Below, piece by piece: positions 9,089 to 20,467 of a DNA stretch of 64,000 nucleotides. Origin of the DNA: an uncultured delta proteobacterium (GTDB lineage: Bacteria; Desulfobacterota; Desulfobacteria; Desulfobacterales; UBA2156); the NCBI GenBank assembly GCA_963736855.1, contig CAVTQK010000015.1:160001-224000 (forward strand), read 5' to 3'. Every line of letters begins with the position of its first letter. Within the stretch, counting starts at the first letter, position 1. The position numbers and the translations under genes are program-made. The notes under the pieces were generated by a model. It worked only from the letters and a program-made list of their open reading frames with translations. It was not told where the DNA came from and ran no database searches.

Positions 9089-10188
9089 AAGAACATCCGT
9101 AGGCCAATCCCAATCCGACCCCTTTCCTCCACCTCGTCAAATTCGTCAAAGGCCGATCGTCCCTCTATAAATAAGCCGAAATTCACTCCCGTGGGATTCT
9201 CTGTTAACATAAATCCAGCTTCCAATAAAAGATCGATCCGGGTATCGAAGCTGGTGTCCCACATGCCAACCCCGGCCCCGAGGAAAAATTTAGATGTGGG
9301 ATAGAAAAAATACAAGACATCCGCCAGAATAGGAGGATTATCTTCACACCCTTCCATCAAAGGTGCAAATCCGACCAGACCGGCTATGGCATTTTTTTCA
9401 TTGAACCAATGCATATAGCCGACACGAATCGGCAGGAAGGTGGCGGGATCGAATTGTTTCATAAACCCTACATCGCCGATGATGTGCCCTTTCCGGGGCG
9501 CCGGTACACCGGCAACAACAGCAGGAGCAGCAGCGGCGACAGGCGGGGCCGCTGCGGCGGGTTTGGGTGCAACAGCGGGTGCAGGAGCGGCCGCGGGTGC
9601 GGGAGCAGGGCCACCCTCGACTTTTGCCGGAGGTGCGGGTGCCGGAGCAGGTGTCTTGACAGGTGCCGGAGCAGGTGTCTTTACAGGCGCCGGTGCCGGT
9701 GCAGGCAGCGGGGCTGCCACGGGTGCAGCGGCGGGCGCAGCTACGATCTTTTGCAAGGCGATATTCATGCAGATCACAGGAAATACGAAAGTATAGTCGC
9801 TTTCCTTATGTCGCATGACTATCCGGTACGCCTTGAAGGTATCTTTCCCGGCCCAAATTACATCTTTGAGCACCACAGGTTTGTTCTTCTTTTGAAAGAT
9901 CATCCAGAGGAATCTTTCCTTAGGCGCTACAGTTATGGTTTCAATTTTTGCGGTTTCAAGGGTCTTCATGAATGGTTCAAAAAGATCGACGGCGCCTGCT
10001 TGAATGAACCCGGCCTTAACGTCGGATTGCATCTTTTTAAACACCGGATAGACCTGTTCAGGCTTTAAAACCTTGCCTTTATAAAAAGGGCTGGTTGCAA
10101 GTTGTTTCAGCTGCGTTGCGGCAAAAAGTGGCGAAACTCCCAGCATTAAAGTCAGCATCAAAACAGCGGCCGTTACCTTTATCTTCAT
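9085..10188 (-). CDS. Exported protein with Pro/Ala-rich linker and probable C-terminal outer-membrane beta-barrel
   Basis: Signal peptide (ending LFA-A), about 80-residue PA-rich tract, amphipathic strands ending GIGLRMFF; SD GGAGG upstream. Confidence 0.7.
   Translation of the reverse strand: MKIKVTAAVLMLTLMLGVSPLFAATQLKQLATSPFYKGKVLKPEQVYPVFKKMQSDVKAGFIQAGAVDLFEPFMKTLETAKIETITVAPKERFLWMIFQKKNKPVVLKDVIWAGKDTFKAYRIVMRHKESDYTFVFPVICMNIALQKIVAAPAAAPVAAPLPAPAPAPVKTPAPAPVKTPAPAPAPPAKVEGGPAPAPAAAPAPAVAPKPAAAAPPVAAAAPAVVAGVPAPRKGHIIGDVGFMKQFDPATFLPIRVGYMHWFNEKNAIAGLVGFAPLMEGCEDNPPILADVLYFFYPTSKFFLGAGVGMWDTSFDTRIDLLLEAGFMLTENPTGVNFGLFIEGRSAFDEFDEVEERGRIGIGLRMFF
9638..9688. repeat. 24-bp tandem repeat encoding PAPVKTPA x2
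   Basis: GGTGCCGGAGCAGGTGTCTT(G/T)ACA twice. Confidence 0.8.
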
Positions 10189-10376
10189 CTCTTACCTCCT
10201 TGACGGGTGTTGAATCGGAAGCCCTCGTCCGATAATGATCACTCTACCCAGTTTTGATAAGGCTAAACAAAATCCCGTTTGTGCAGTCTCTATCTCCCCT
10301 TTTTGGAAATGTCAAGGCCGGTTTGAGGTATAGTGCCCAATTTTTATTCGATGGAAAACCGGGCGTTGGAAAATTC

Positions 10377-10405
10377 TTGACAAAAGAGATTCCCTATTGT
10401 ACCGT
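10377..10405 (+). promoter_or_regulatory. Sigma70 promoter of tRNA-Gly
   Basis: TTGACA-17 bp-TACCGT ending 15 bp before the tRNA. Confidence 0.6.
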
Positions 10406-10419
10406 TCCGCAACTTGAGA

Positions 10420-10495
10420 GCGGGCATAGCTCAGCTGGTAGAGTACAAGCTTCCCAAGCTTGGTGTCGCGAGTTCGAATCTCGTTGCCCGCTCCA
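10420..10495 (+). tRNA. tRNA-Gly (anticodon CCC)
   Basis: GCGGGCA acceptor stem, anticodon arm CAAGC-TTCCCAA-GCTTG, GTTCGAATC T-loop, encoded CCA, 76 nt. Confidence 0.97.
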
Positions 10496-10632
10496 AAGTT
10501 GACCGTCTTTTCATGCGGAATGAGACAGCGGCAGCGTTTGAATGAATGGGATACGGACGTGAGCTTTTCGGTGGAGTAACGTTCATGGTCGATTGAGGGT
10601 TTTCCGCAAAAAGATTTACCCGGATGAAAAGG

Positions 10633-10655
10633 AACGGGCTCCAAGCCCGTTTTTT
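10633..10655 (+). terminator. Terminator/attenuator hairpin upstream of rimP
   Basis: AACGGGCT-CCA-AGCCCGTT followed by a T-run. Confidence 0.65.
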
Positions 10656-10695
10656 GTTTTCATCAGAAGGCGGCGAGGCGTTGACTCAAAAGCGA

Positions 10696-11220
10696 ATGAA
10701 GGGAAAAAAAATAGACCGGAACCTGCCGGAGCGATTTTTTTCAATCGACGGACTGAAAATCGCCGAAAAGGTGAGGGAGATCGCCACCCCGCTTTGTGAA
10801 AGCGAGGGTGTTGAGGTTGTTCATGTGGAATACCAAAGGGAGCAGACCGGAAAGGTCCTCCGCGTATATCTCGACAAACCCGGTGGGATTGCGCTGGATG
10901 ACTGCATATCCATCAGTCGACAGCTTTCCGACCTTCTTGACGTTAATTTTGAGACCCGGGGCGCTTATTCACTGGAAGTCTCTTCGCCCGGGCCCAAGCG
11001 GCCTCTTTGTAAAAAGGAGGATTTCGAGTCTTATAAAGGGTATAAAGCCCTGATCCGCACGGCCCGCTCGATGGGTGGGCGAAAAAACTTCAAAGGGATC
11101 CTGAGGGGCGTTATAGAGGATCGGATAATCCTCCAAGCTGAGGATAGGGACATAGCGATTCCCCTTGAGGAGATTGCCAAGGCGCATCTTTTAAGGGAAG
11201 ATGGAGAAAACACATGCTAA
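10696..11220 (+). CDS. rimP: Ribosome maturation factor RimP
   Basis: LRVYLDKPGGIALDDC..ISR, YSLEVSSPG..RPL; start uncertain (10624 in ORF track lies upstream of the terminator). Confidence 0.93.
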   Translation: MKGKKIDRNLPERFFSIDGLKIAEKVREIATPLCESEGVEVVHVEYQREQTGKVLRVYLDKPGGIALDDCISISRQLSDLLDVNFETRGAYSLEVSSPGPKRPLCKKEDFESYKGYKALIRTARSMGGRKNFKGILRGVIEDRIILQAEDRDIAIPLEEIAKAHLLREDGENTC

Positions 11221-12596
11221 TGTCGGAGATCAAACGGGTCATTGACCAGGTCAGCCGAGAAAAGGGGATCGAGCGGCGGGTCTTGATTTCTGCCCTGGAA
11301 GAAGCGTTGAGATCGGCAGCGAAAAAAAAGATAGGAAGCAAGGCCGATATTGAAGTCCACTATGACGATAAAACCGGTGAAATCGAGGTGTTCCAATTTA
11401 AAGAGGTTGCCGAAATTGTCGCAGAACCCGACTTGCAGATCGATTTTGAAACCGCTCGAAAGCTTGATCCTGAATGTGAAATCGGTGACAGTATCGGTAC
11501 CAAGATGGATACCACCACCTTCGGGCGGATTGCCGCCCAGTCGGCCAAGCAGGTGATCATCCAGAAGATGAAGGATGCCGAACGGGATGCCGTATTTTCC
11601 GGATTTATTGATCGCAAGGGAGAAATCATCAATGGGATCGTTCAACGGATAGACCGCAATGACATTATCGTCAATCTGGGTCAGACCGAAGGCATCCTCA
11701 CGGCCAAAGAACAGATCCCAAAGGAAACTTTCCGAAGAGGGGATCGGATCCGTGCTTATATTAAAGATGTACTATATGAGAGTCGTGGGCCGCAAATTTT
11801 TCTTACCCGAGCCGATGATCAGTTCCTGATCGCCTTGTTCAAAACAGAAGTTCCGGAAATCAGCGAAGGTATTGTGAAAGTCGTGGGAGCTGCCCGAGAA
11901 CCCGGGAGTCGGGCGAAGATCGTGGTGTCTTCCACCGACCCTGACATCGATCCAGTGGGAGCTTGTGTGGGAATGAAGGGAAGCCGCGTTCAGACCGTGG
12001 TTCAGGAACTCAGGGGAGAGAAGATCGACATCATACCATGGCATGTGGATGCGGCCAAGTTCGTCTGCAATGCGCTGGCGCCGGCGGAGATCTCCCGGGT
12101 AATCATCGACGAAGAGAATCGCCTTATGGAAGTGATTGTTCCGGACGAATTTCTTTCCGTGGCCATCGGCAAGCGCGGGCAGAATGTGCGGCTGGCTTCC
12201 AAACTGACAGGGTGGCGTCTTGATGTCATCAGTGAAACACGGTACAGTCAGACGATGAAGGAAGGATACAATTCCCTCCTTGCACTACCGGAGATTGGTG
12301 CAACTCTGGCCGACGCTTTGTATGAAAGGGGCTTTTTTTCTGTTGAAGAGCTCAGCAAGGCATCGATAGAAGATCTGACCCCCATTCGGGGCATTGGAGA
12401 AGAAAAAGCAGCGAAACTAATCAGGCTTGCCAAAGAAGCGGTGATTAAAGCCCTGATGACGGAAGAAACCGACTTGGACGAATCCGAAGCCGGCCTTGAA
12501 GAGGAAGGATCGGTGTCCAAGAGGGAGGTGGCTTCGGATCAAAAAGGGAATCCAACAGGAGAAAGCGATCCGGAAATCAGAACCGAAGAGACATAA
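11214..12596 (+). CDS. nusA: Transcription termination factor NusA
   Basis: [48 protein letters not shown]. Confidence 0.98.
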   Translation: MLMSEIKRVIDQVSREKGIERRVLISALEEALRSAAKKKIGSKADIEVHYDDKTGEIEVFQFKEVAEIVAEPDLQIDFETARKLDPECEIGDSIGTKMDTTTFGRIAAQSAKQVIIQKMKDAERDAVFSGFIDRKGEIINGIVQRIDRNDIIVNLGQTEGILTAKEQIPKETFRRGDRIRAYIKDVLYESRGPQIFLTRADDQFLIALFKTEVPEISEGIVKVVGAAREPGSRAKIVVSSTDPDIDPVGACVGMKGSRVQTVVQELRGEKIDIIPWHVDAAKFVCNALAPAEISRVIIDEENRLMEVIVPDEFLSVAIGKRGQNVRLASKLTGWRLDVISETRYSQTMKEGYNSLLALPEIGATLADALYERGFFSVEELSKASIEDLTPIRGIGEEKAAKLIRLAKEAVIKALMTEETDLDESEAGLEEEGSVSKREVASDQKGNPTGESDPEIRTEET

Positions 12597-12680
12597 TCTG
12601 CGCCGGTAACCACCATGACGATGCGATGCCAACGAAAAGGCTTGTATCGACGCATACCGAACCGATGGGATGGGGGATGG

Positions 12681-15383
12681 ATGGCAAAAATCAGGGTATA
12701 TGAGCTTGCCAGAGAGCTGAATATGACCAACAAAGTGTTTCTTGAGAAATTGGGAGAACTGGGCATATCCGTAAGCAGCCATGTCAGCACTCTGGACGAG
12801 GGCCAGGTTGCTGGGATCAAATCGGCCATTCTCGGCAAAAAAACGGAAGAAGTTGAACTTACACGCGTTAAGCCTACCGTCATTCGCAGGCGAATCCGCC
12901 GGGTGGCTCAAGAAGAACCTCCACGTGTGGAAGTGGTGGCTCCTCTCGCTTCAGAAGAGGCAGCCCCGCTGGAAACGGAGACGCAGACGCTTACAACCGA
13001 AGCCGATCTTGCTGTTGAAGAAGAGGTTGAGGAATCGGCTCCTGAATCCGTCGAAACCGAAAAAGCTGCGGTGCTGCCCGGGATAATACAAACGGCGGAA
13101 CCGGCCGATGTGATTAAACCGGCAAAGCCGCAAAAAACGCCGGAAGCAAAGCGGGAAGCTGTTTCTCCTTCCTTGCCTGAAAAGGAAAAGCCTGCCGGGA
13201 CTGCAGAAGTCGTTCTCGAAAAGCCCAAAAAAGCAAAAAAGAAACGGGAAAAAGAATTCCCTGCAAAGATTATCAAACTTCCGGAGGCTCCAAAGCCGGA
13301 AAAGCCTGTCGAGCCTGAACCCGTCACTCAGAGACCTGAAGAAATCGTATCAAAGGTATTGGAATTTAAGAAAAAGGCGGTGGAATCCGAAGCGGTGGAA
13401 TCCGAAGCGTCGGAAAAAGACAAAAAGAAAAAAAAGGGGAAAAGAGAAGCCGAAGAGGACGTTAAAGACAGAAAATTTTTCAAGAAGAAGATCTCTTTCA
13501 AGAAAAAAGAGGTCGTGGAGGGAGCGGATCTTTATACCGAACGGGCGGTATCTCGAAAAGCCAAAAGAGCCATAAAGGGAAAGCCATCGATTCAAATGCA
13601 AAAGCCCCAAATCACGGTACCTAAAGCGATTAAGCGGCGACTCAAGATCGACGAAACCATCGTGTTGTCGGATTTATCCAAGCGGATGGGTATTAAAGCG
13701 GCCGATCTCATCCGGAAGCTCATGTCTCTGGGGGTCATGGCCACGGTGAACCAGACTGTGGATTTTGAAACGGCATCATTGGTTGCTGCGGAATTCAATT
13801 ATGATGTCGAGAAGGCGGCTTTTGAAGAGGAATCCGTCATCAGGGTGGAAGAAGATGAGCCGGGAAAGCGAGTGGTCCGGCCACCGGTTGTAACCATTAT
13901 GGGCCATGTGGACCATGGTAAAACGTCCCTGCTGGATACCATCCGAAAGACCCGGGTTACCGAAGGAGAGGCGGGGGGCATCACGCAGCACATCGGCGCC
14001 TACAATGTGACCACCGATAAGGGACAAATCGTATTCTTGGATACACCGGGCCACGAAGCTTTTACGGCCATGCGAGCGCGGGGGGCAAAAGTCACCGACC
14101 TTGTTGTCCTGGTGGTGGCTGCTGATGACGGTGTCATGCCGCAAAGCGTGGAGGCGATCAATCATTCCAAAGCAGCCGGTGTGCCGCTCATCGTGGCGAT
14201 CAATAAGATCGACAAGCCCGGCGCCAACCCGGATCGCGTGAAGCGGCAACTCGCGGAGCTCGGATTGGTTCCCGAAGATTGGGGAGGAGATTCCGTTTTT
14301 CTGGAGGTTTCAGCGAAATATAACCAGGGTATCGAAGACCTTTTAGAAATGATTCTCCTTCAAGCCGAGGTGCTGGAGCTTAAGGCGAATCCGGATAAGC
14401 TTGCCCGGGGCCATGTTATCGAGGCGAAGCTGGACATGGGGAGGGGCCCGGTGGCGACTCTACTGGTCCAGGAAGGAACCCTCCGGACTGGTGAATCGGT
14501 GGTGTGTGGAATTCACCATGGGAAAATACGCGCCATGCTCAGCGATCGCGGTACCCAGATTTCCGAAGCGGGCCCTTCAATTCCCGTAGAGATTGACGGA
14601 CTTTCGGGGGTTCCCATGGCGGGGGACGAGTTTTTGGCCATGGAACATGAAAAGAATGCTAAACAGCTCAGTCTCTATCGCATTCAGAAACAGCGATCCA
14701 AGGGGCTTGCCAAGTCAAGCCGCCTCAGCCTTGAAAAGCTTTACGAACAGCTCAAAGCCGGTGAAGTCAAAGATCTCAACCTGATCATCAAAGCGGACGT
14801 ACATGGATCCATCGAAGCGCTCAGCGACTCTCTTGTGAAGCTTTCCAACGAAGAGGTGAGCATCAACGTCGTTCATTCGGGTACAGGTTCCATCGTGGAA
14901 TCGGATGTTTCGCTGGCAGCCGTCTCCAACGCGGTTATCATCGGTTTTAGCGTTCGGGCAACGCCCAAGGCAACCGAGCTGGCTGCTGAGGAGAATGTGG
15001 ATATCCGTTATTATAACGTGATTTATGACGTGATCCGGGACACCAAGGACGCCATCGTCGGCATGATGGCCTCTACGTTCGAGGAACGTTCCTTGGGCCG
15101 TGCGGAAGTGCGGGAAATCTTCCATATTCCGAAAATCGGAACCGTCGCCGGAAGCTATGTGACGGAAGGGAAACTGGAGCGCGGTCAACCGGTCAGACTC
15201 GTGAGAGACGGAGTCGTCTACTATACGGGGAAAATCGCCTCGTTAAGGCGTTTTAAAGATGATGTGAAGGAAGTGCAAAGCGGTTATGAATGCGGGATTT
15301 CGGTGGAGAATTATAACGATATGAAAGTGGGTGACATCGTCGAGTGTTTTTATCTCGTGGAGATCCGTCCTAAAATCGATTGA
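12681..15383 (+). CDS. infB: Translation initiation factor IF-2
   Basis: [10 protein letters not shown] start; [21 protein letters not shown]-domain motifs. Confidence 0.98.
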   Translation: MAKIRVYELARELNMTNKVFLEKLGELGISVSSHVSTLDEGQVAGIKSAILGKKTEEVELTRVKPTVIRRRIRRVAQEEPPRVEVVAPLASEEAAPLETETQTLTTEADLAVEEEVEESAPESVETEKAAVLPGIIQTAEPADVIKPAKPQKTPEAKREAVSPSLPEKEKPAGTAEVVLEKPKKAKKKREKEFPAKIIKLPEAPKPEKPVEPEPVTQRPEEIVSKVLEFKKKAVESEAVESEASEKDKKKKKGKREAEEDVKDRKFFKKKISFKKKEVVEGADLYTERAVSRKAKRAIKGKPSIQMQKPQITVPKAIKRRLKIDETIVLSDLSKRMGIKAADLIRKLMSLGVMATVNQTVDFETASLVAAEFNYDVEKAAFEEESVIRVEEDEPGKRVVRPPVVTIMGHVDHGKTSLLDTIRKTRVTEGEAGGITQHIGAYNVTTDKGQIVFLDTPGHEAFTAMRARGAKVTDLVVLVVAADDGVMPQSVEAINHSKAAGVPLIVAINKIDKPGANPDRVKRQLAELGLVPEDWGGDSVFLEVSAKYNQGIEDLLEMILLQAEVLELKANPDKLARGHVIEAKLDMGRGPVATLLVQEGTLRTGESVVCGIHHGKIRAMLSDRGTQISEAGPSIPVEIDGLSGVPMAGDEFLAMEHEKNAKQLSLYRIQKQRSKGLAKSSRLSLEKLYEQLKAGEVKDLNLIIKADVHGSIEALSDSLVKLSNEEVSINVVHSGTGSIVESDVSLAAVSNAVIIGFSVRATPKATELAAEENVDIRYYNVIYDVIRDTKDAIVGMMASTFEERSLGRAEVREIFHIPKIGTVAGSYVTEGKLERGQPVRLVRDGVVYYTGKIASLRRFKDDVKEVQSGYECGISVENYNDMKVGDIVECFYLVEIRPKID
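13377..13409. repeat. 15-bp in-frame tandem duplication in infB (AVESE x2)
   Basis: GCGGTGGAATCCGAA twice plus GCG. Confidence 0.85.
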
Positions 15384-15407
15384 GGGGCAACGGGGTTTTA
15401 AGATGCC

Positions 15408-15695
15408 ATGGTCGTCGGGTACGGAATCATCACCTTCCGGGTTCACGAGAGCCGGTCTTTGAAAGAAAAGAGAAGGATCGTCAAATCCATCGTCATGCAA
15501 CTGCAGCACCATTTCAATACTTCCGTGGCGGAAGTCGGGGCGTTGGACTTATATCAGAGGGCGGAAATCGGATTTGCTTTTGTAGGGAACGATCGACAGG
15601 TGATCAACTCTAAAATCGACAAGATGTTCAATTATGCCGAGGCTCTTGGGCTTGCAGAGATCATCGATACTGAAATGGAGATTTTCAACATATGA
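15408..15695 (+). CDS. DUF503 (YlxP-like) protein
   Basis: SLKEKRRIVKS, FNTSVAEVG; position between infB and rbfA. Confidence 0.88.
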   Translation: MVVGYGIITFRVHESRSLKEKRRIVKSIVMQLQHHFNTSVAEVGALDLYQRAEIGFAFVGNDRQVINSKIDKMFNYAEALGLAEIIDTEMEIFNI

Positions 15696-16081
15696 AGCCC
15701 TTTCGAAGAGTAGATCGAGTCGCGGCGCAGATTCAGAAGATACTTTCAGAGATCCTTCAGAAGGAGATCCAGGACCCACGTCTGAAGATGGTGACCATCA
15801 CCCGGGTGAAACTGACTTCGGACCTGAAGTTTGCCCGGATCTATTTTGCTTCCATTTCCGGTGAAGAAAGGAAGGTAATCATCGCCGCCGGGTTCAAAGA
15901 TGCTTCCGGATATATCAAGCGCGCCCTTTCAGGCCGGCTAGACTTGAGGTACATGCCGGATTTACAATTCTTCTACGACGAATCGTATGACCACGCATTA
16001 AAAATCTTCCGGATCCTGAAAACACTTGAAACTGATAATGGAGATCATGGAACAGATCATCGAGAAACTGAAGAACAGTAA
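15692..16081 (+). CDS. rbfA: Ribosome-binding factor A
   Basis: RRVDRVA..I, DPRL..VTITRV..TSDL, LRYMPDLQFFYD. Confidence 0.96.
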   Translation: MKPFRRVDRVAAQIQKILSEILQKEIQDPRLKMVTITRVKLTSDLKFARIYFASISGEERKVIIAAGFKDASGYIKRALSGRLDLRYMPDLQFFYDESYDHALKIFRILKTLETDNGDHGTDHRETEEQ

Positions 16082-17018
16082 GCAGGTGTTGATTGCTTCA
16101 CATACCAACCCGGATGGAGATGCCATCGGGTCCCTAATTGCCTTGGGTCTTTCTTTACTCGCACTTGGAAAAGAAGCCGTCCTCTTCAACGAAAGCCCGA
16201 TCCCCGCGGTGTATCGGTTTCTTTCCGGCGTCGATCAGGTTGTCATTCGGCTGAAGAAGGACTGCGTCTTTGATACAGCGGTGGTCCTCGACTGCGGCGA
16301 TTTACATCGCGTGGGTGGGGCGGCACCGATTGTTGAGCATATACCGGTGGTGATCAATATCGACCACCATGTTACGAACACTCGGTTCGGTCACTTCCAA
16401 CTCATCGATCCGGGAGCCTGCGCCACGACGGAAATCATCTACCGACTGATTACGGCGATGGAAATTCCCGTGACCCTGGAAATCGCCAATGCCATCTATA
16501 CGGGGATTCTCACGGATACCGGGTCATTCCGTTTTTCCAATACAAACCGGTATGCCTTTGAAATCTGTGAGAAGATGGTCGCACGGGGGGTGGATCCGTA
16601 TCGGATCGCCCAGCAAATCTATGGCGCATACTCATTGGGACGGATCAAGTTGTTGAACCTGGCATTGGATTCCATAGAGATCTCCAAAAACGGAAAGCTT
16701 TCCATGATGGCGGTGACTCAGCAGATGATCCGGGAAACCCGGGCACGCGCCGGGGATACCGACGGACTGATTAATTATGCCAAGGGGATCAAGGATGTCA
16801 AAGTTGCCGTGCTCATTGAAGAATTGAACCACGGCAGATGCGGCAAGGAAAGCCGGCTCCCCTATCACGTGAGCCTGCGATCGGACGGGTCCGTGGATGT
16901 GGCGGTCATCGCCGCCGCCTTTGGTGGGGGAGGGCATTCGAGCGCAGCCGGTTTCAGCATAGAGTCGACGCTACCGGAAATCAAAACGAAGATTATAAGT
17001 CTTGCGGAGGAGATGTGA
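16047..17018 (+). CDS. nrnA: DHH/DHHA1 bifunctional oligoribonuclease/pAp phosphatase
   Basis: HTNPDGDAIGS, IDHH, TDTGSF, FGGGGHSSAAG; start ATG 16038 or 16047. Confidence 0.9.
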   Translation: MEQIIEKLKNSKQVLIASHTNPDGDAIGSLIALGLSLLALGKEAVLFNESPIPAVYRFLSGVDQVVIRLKKDCVFDTAVVLDCGDLHRVGGAAPIVEHIPVVINIDHHVTNTRFGHFQLIDPGACATTEIIYRLITAMEIPVTLEIANAIYTGILTDTGSFRFSNTNRYAFEICEKMVARGVDPYRIAQQIYGAYSLGRIKLLNLALDSIEISKNGKLSMMAVTQQMIRETRARAGDTDGLINYAKGIKDVKVAVLIEELNHGRCGKESRLPYHVSLRSDGSVDVAVIAAAFGGGGHSSAAGFSIESTLPEIKTKIISLAEEM

Positions 17019-17953
17019 GTCAACAGGTCTCGGACACTGGCCCGGGAATATTGTTGATCGATAAACCCGAGGGAATAACTTCGGCCGGAGTCGTCGATAG
17101 AGTCAAGCAGGCTTCGAAAGCCCTGAAAGTTGGTCATGCGGGAACGCTGGACCCCTTTGCTACTGGGCTTTTGATATGCTGCATCGACAATGCGACCCGA
17201 CTGGCACGTTTTTTTCTCGAAACAGACAAGACCTACCGCGCAACTCTCCATCTGGGAGTGGAGACCGATACGGGCGATTCCACGGGAAGAGTGCTGTCGG
17301 AATTTTCAGGCGGTGTGATTTCTAAAGACCGGATCTGTTCGGCTTTTCAGCAGTTTGTAGGAAAGATCAGCCAGGTCCCTCCTGCATTCAGCGCACTGAA
17401 ACACCAGGGTATACCGCTGTATCGCTGGGCCAGACGTGGAAAGACGATCCAAAAACCGCCCCGAATAGTGACCATTCACCGGTTGACGGTTCTCGATATC
17501 GACTTTCCAAGGGTACGTTTTGAAGTGGTTTGCTCGGCGGGTACCTATATCCGGAGCTTGGGCACCGATGTGGGAACAGCACTGGAATGCGGTGGGCACC
17601 TGTCACAGTTGAGAAGGGTCCAAAGTGGTGGATTTCATGTGGATGAGGCCATCCCTCTGGGCGTTCTCGAAGAAACTTCCGCTATCGGAAGGTTGAGGGA
17701 AAGAATCATCCCCATGGCGTCAGCCCTGAAAGGTTGGCCCGAATTGGCGGTGGGCGATACCGTTGCCGAAAAAGTTCGGTACGGCAGGCCCATTTCCGCC
17801 GATGACATTCCTACAGGTTGCGTGGGAGTTTCTGAAAATGATCTGACAACCTGCATTAAGGTGATCGATGAAAAGGGAACACTATTGGCTCTTTTGCATC
17901 GAAACGGAAAGGGCGGGTATGGATATTGCGGTGTTTTTGGAAATCAGGCATGA
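17015..17953 (+). CDS. truB: tRNA pseudouridine(55) synthase
   Basis: IDKPEGITS, KVGHAGTLDPFATG, QVPPAFSA, SAGTYIRSL; GTG start overlapping the nrnA stop. Confidence 0.96.
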   Translation: MSQQVSDTGPGILLIDKPEGITSAGVVDRVKQASKALKVGHAGTLDPFATGLLICCIDNATRLARFFLETDKTYRATLHLGVETDTGDSTGRVLSEFSGGVISKDRICSAFQQFVGKISQVPPAFSALKHQGIPLYRWARRGKTIQKPPRIVTIHRLTVLDIDFPRVRFEVVCSAGTYIRSLGTDVGTALECGGHLSQLRRVQSGGFHVDEAIPLGVLEETSAIGRLRERIIPMASALKGWPELAVGDTVAEKVRYGRPISADDIPTGCVGVSENDLTTCIKVIDEKGTLLALLHRNGKGGYGYCGVFGNQA

Positions 17954-18019
17954 TTCATTGGGCGAATTTGCGTTTGCACGAAGGAAATAATTCAATTTCA
18001 AAAAACGATGGAGGAAAAA

Positions 18020-18289
18020 TTGGCATTCACGGCAGTTGAAAAAGAGGAATTGATTAACCGGCATAAGCTTCATGATTCGGATACCGGCTCTCCGGAGGTC
18101 CAGGTCGGGCTTTTGACCCATCGGATCAACTACCTCACCGAGCATTTGAAAACACATCAGAAAGATCACCATTCCCGGAGAGGATTACTGATGTTGGTGG
18201 GAAGGCGGCGCAGGCTGCTGGACTATGTCAAAAACAAGGATATCCAACGTTACAGGAAGATCATAGAAACCCTGGGGCTGAGACGATAA
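18020..18289 (+). CDS. rpsO: 30S ribosomal protein S15
   Basis: [28 protein letters not shown] start after GGAGG. Confidence 0.97.
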   Translation: MAFTAVEKEELINRHKLHDSDTGSPEVQVGLLTHRINYLTEHLKTHQKDHHSRRGLLMLVGRRRRLLDYVKNKDIQRYRKIIETLGLRR

Positions 18290-18367
18290 GCATCGTCTCA
18301 AAGGATATCCGATCCACTAAATCGGGCCGGCCTTCGCCTGCCCCCAACGTATTGTTTGGAGATTATA

Positions 18368-20467
18368 ATGGAATTGGTATTTAAAGCAGAGGTAGGCGGC
18401 CGAACGCTGAGTTTACAGACGGGTAAAGTTGCAAAACAGGCCTCGGGAGCCGTCATGGTTCAATACGGCGAAACGATGGTCCTGGTGACAGTGGTTTCTT
18501 CGGAAGACCAGCGGGTAGGCATTGATTTCCTTCCGCTTTCCGTGGAATATCAGGAAAAGATTTACGCGGCCGGAAGGATCCCCGGTAATTACTTCCGACG
18601 GGAGATCGGACGACCCAGTGAAAAAGAGACGCTGACATCCCGGCTCATCGATCGTCCCATACGCCCGCTCTTTCCCAAGAAATTCAATTTTGAGACTCAG
18701 ATTATTGCCACTGTCCTGTCCATGGACCAGGAAAACAATCCGGATGTCTTGGCTATGGTCGGGGCGTCGGCTGCTTTGGAGATATCCGATATCCCCTTTG
18801 ACGGCCCTATTGCCAGCGTCCGAGTGGGGCGCATCGACGGGAAATGGGTGGTCAATCCCACCATCGCGGATTATGACAAGTGTGATATCAACATCATCGT
18901 TGCCGGCTCGAAAACCGGGGTTGTCATGGTGGAGGGGGGGGCGAACATTATCAGCGAGGCCGACATGCTCGAAGCCATTTTCTTCGGTCACCGGGAGCTC
19001 CAACCCCTCATCGAGATTCAGGAAAAGCTCAAAGAAGCCGCCGGTCTTCCTAAGAAGTCCTTCGCCCCTCCGCCAACGGATGAAAGCTTTTTTCAACGGA
19101 TTTCGAAGATGGCTTCCGATCTCATCCGGGAAACGCTTTTGGTTCCCCAGAAAAAGGCACGCAGCAAAGGGCTGGGATCCGTGAAGAGCCGGATTCTGGA
19201 AAAGCTTGGGCCGGAATACGCGGATCGAAAGGCGGAAATCGACGATTCTTTTGACGATCTGAAGCGCCGCATCTGCCGGGATTTCATACTCCGCGAAGGA
19301 CGCCGCATCGATGGCCGTCGCTTCGACGAGATCCGACCGATTTCCTGTGAAGTGGGAATCCTTCCGAGACCCCACGGCAGCGCCCTGTTCACCCGTGGCG
19401 AAACCCAGGTGCTCGGGGTCCTGACATTGGGCTCCGGTCCCGACGAACAGCGGGTGGAGACGTTGGTCGGCGATGAATTCAGGCCGTTCATGCTCCATTA
19501 TAATTTTCCCCCTTATTCGGTGGGTGAGGTCAAGCGCCTGAGCGGACCGTCGAGACGGGATATCGGCCATGGAGGCCTCTCCACCCGGGCCATCGAGAAG
19601 GTCATCCCCAATAAGGAACATTTTGAGTATACCATCCGTATCGTCTCGGAAGTTTTTGAGTCCAACGGCTCTTCATCCATGGGGACCGTTTGTGCAGGCA
19701 GCCTCGCGCTTATGGACGGCGGGGTCCCCATCAAGGCGCCGGTTTCAGGGATTGCCATGGGCCTCGTCAAGGAGGGGGATCAGGTGGTTATTTTATCCGA
19801 CATCCTGGGGGACGAGGATCACATGGGTGATATGGATTTCAAGGTGGCGGGCTCCCGTGAGGGGATTACGGCGCTCCAGATGGATATCAAGATCCGAGAG
19901 CTTTCGAAAGATATCCTGGAAAAAGCCCTGGAGCAGGCGCGGATCGGCAGGCTCTTCATTCTCGAAAAGATGCTGGAGGCACTGAAGGAACCGCGAAAGG
20001 AAACTTCCCCGTACGCCCCCAAGGTGATCTCCACCAAAATCAACCCGGACAAGATCCGGGAGATCATCGGTCCGGGAGGAAAGATCATCAGGGCACTGCA
20101 AACCGAGACCAACACCCGCATCGAAGTGGAGGATTCCGGAATTGTCAAGATCACGGCCTTTTCCCTCAAGGACGGCGAAGAAGCTCTTCGTAGAGTCAAG
20201 GAAATTGCAGCCGAGCCCGAAGTGGGTACTATTTATGAAGGGACCGTGGTCAAAGTGGCGGATTTCGGCGCTTTCGTGGAAATTCTCCCTGGAACGGACG
20301 GCTTGGTCCATATTTCCCAACTTGCGGATCATCGGGTTAAAAAAGTGACCGACGTGGTCAAGGAGGGGGACAAAGTCAAAGTCAAGGTTCTCGAGATCTC
20401 TCCGGAGGGAAAGATCCGCTTAAGTCTTAAAGAGGCGCTTGCCGAACTGAATAGGCAACAGCAGTGA
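18368..20467 (+). CDS. pnp: Polyribonucleotide nucleotidyltransferase
   Basis: [40 protein letters not shown] and S1 domains. Confidence 0.98.
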   Translation: MELVFKAEVGGRTLSLQTGKVAKQASGAVMVQYGETMVLVTVVSSEDQRVGIDFLPLSVEYQEKIYAAGRIPGNYFRREIGRPSEKETLTSRLIDRPIRPLFPKKFNFETQIIATVLSMDQENNPDVLAMVGASAALEISDIPFDGPIASVRVGRIDGKWVVNPTIADYDKCDINIIVAGSKTGVVMVEGGANIISEADMLEAIFFGHRELQPLIEIQEKLKEAAGLPKKSFAPPPTDESFFQRISKMASDLIRETLLVPQKKARSKGLGSVKSRILEKLGPEYADRKAEIDDSFDDLKRRICRDFILREGRRIDGRRFDEIRPISCEVGILPRPHGSALFTRGETQVLGVLTLGSGPDEQRVETLVGDEFRPFMLHYNFPPYSVGEVKRLSGPSRRDIGHGGLSTRAIEKVIPNKEHFEYTIRIVSEVFESNGSSSMGTVCAGSLALMDGGVPIKAPVSGIAMGLVKEGDQVVILSDILGDEDHMGDMDFKVAGSREGITALQMDIKIRELSKDILEKALEQARIGRLFILEKMLEALKEPRKETSPYAPKVISTKINPDKIREIIGPGGKIIRALQTETNTRIEVEDSGIVKITAFSLKDGEEALRRVKEIAAEPEVGTIYEGTVVKVADFGAFVEILPGTDGLVHISQLADHRVKKVTDVVKEGDKVKVKVLEISPEGKIRLSLKEALAELNRQQQ

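Noticed and set aside
9520..9740. Repetitive GC-rich tract as a possible CRISPR array
   Set aside because: Encodes the Pro/Ala linker; no constant repeat with unique spacers and no cas genes.
10420..10620. tRNA-Gly as an integration site
   Set aside because: No duplicated tRNA 3' end or integrase seen in the window.
18413..19621. Long antisense ORFs (402 aa opposite pnp, 342 aa opposite pckG, 268 aa opposite acrB and others)
   Set aside because: Shadow frames of strongly supported genes.
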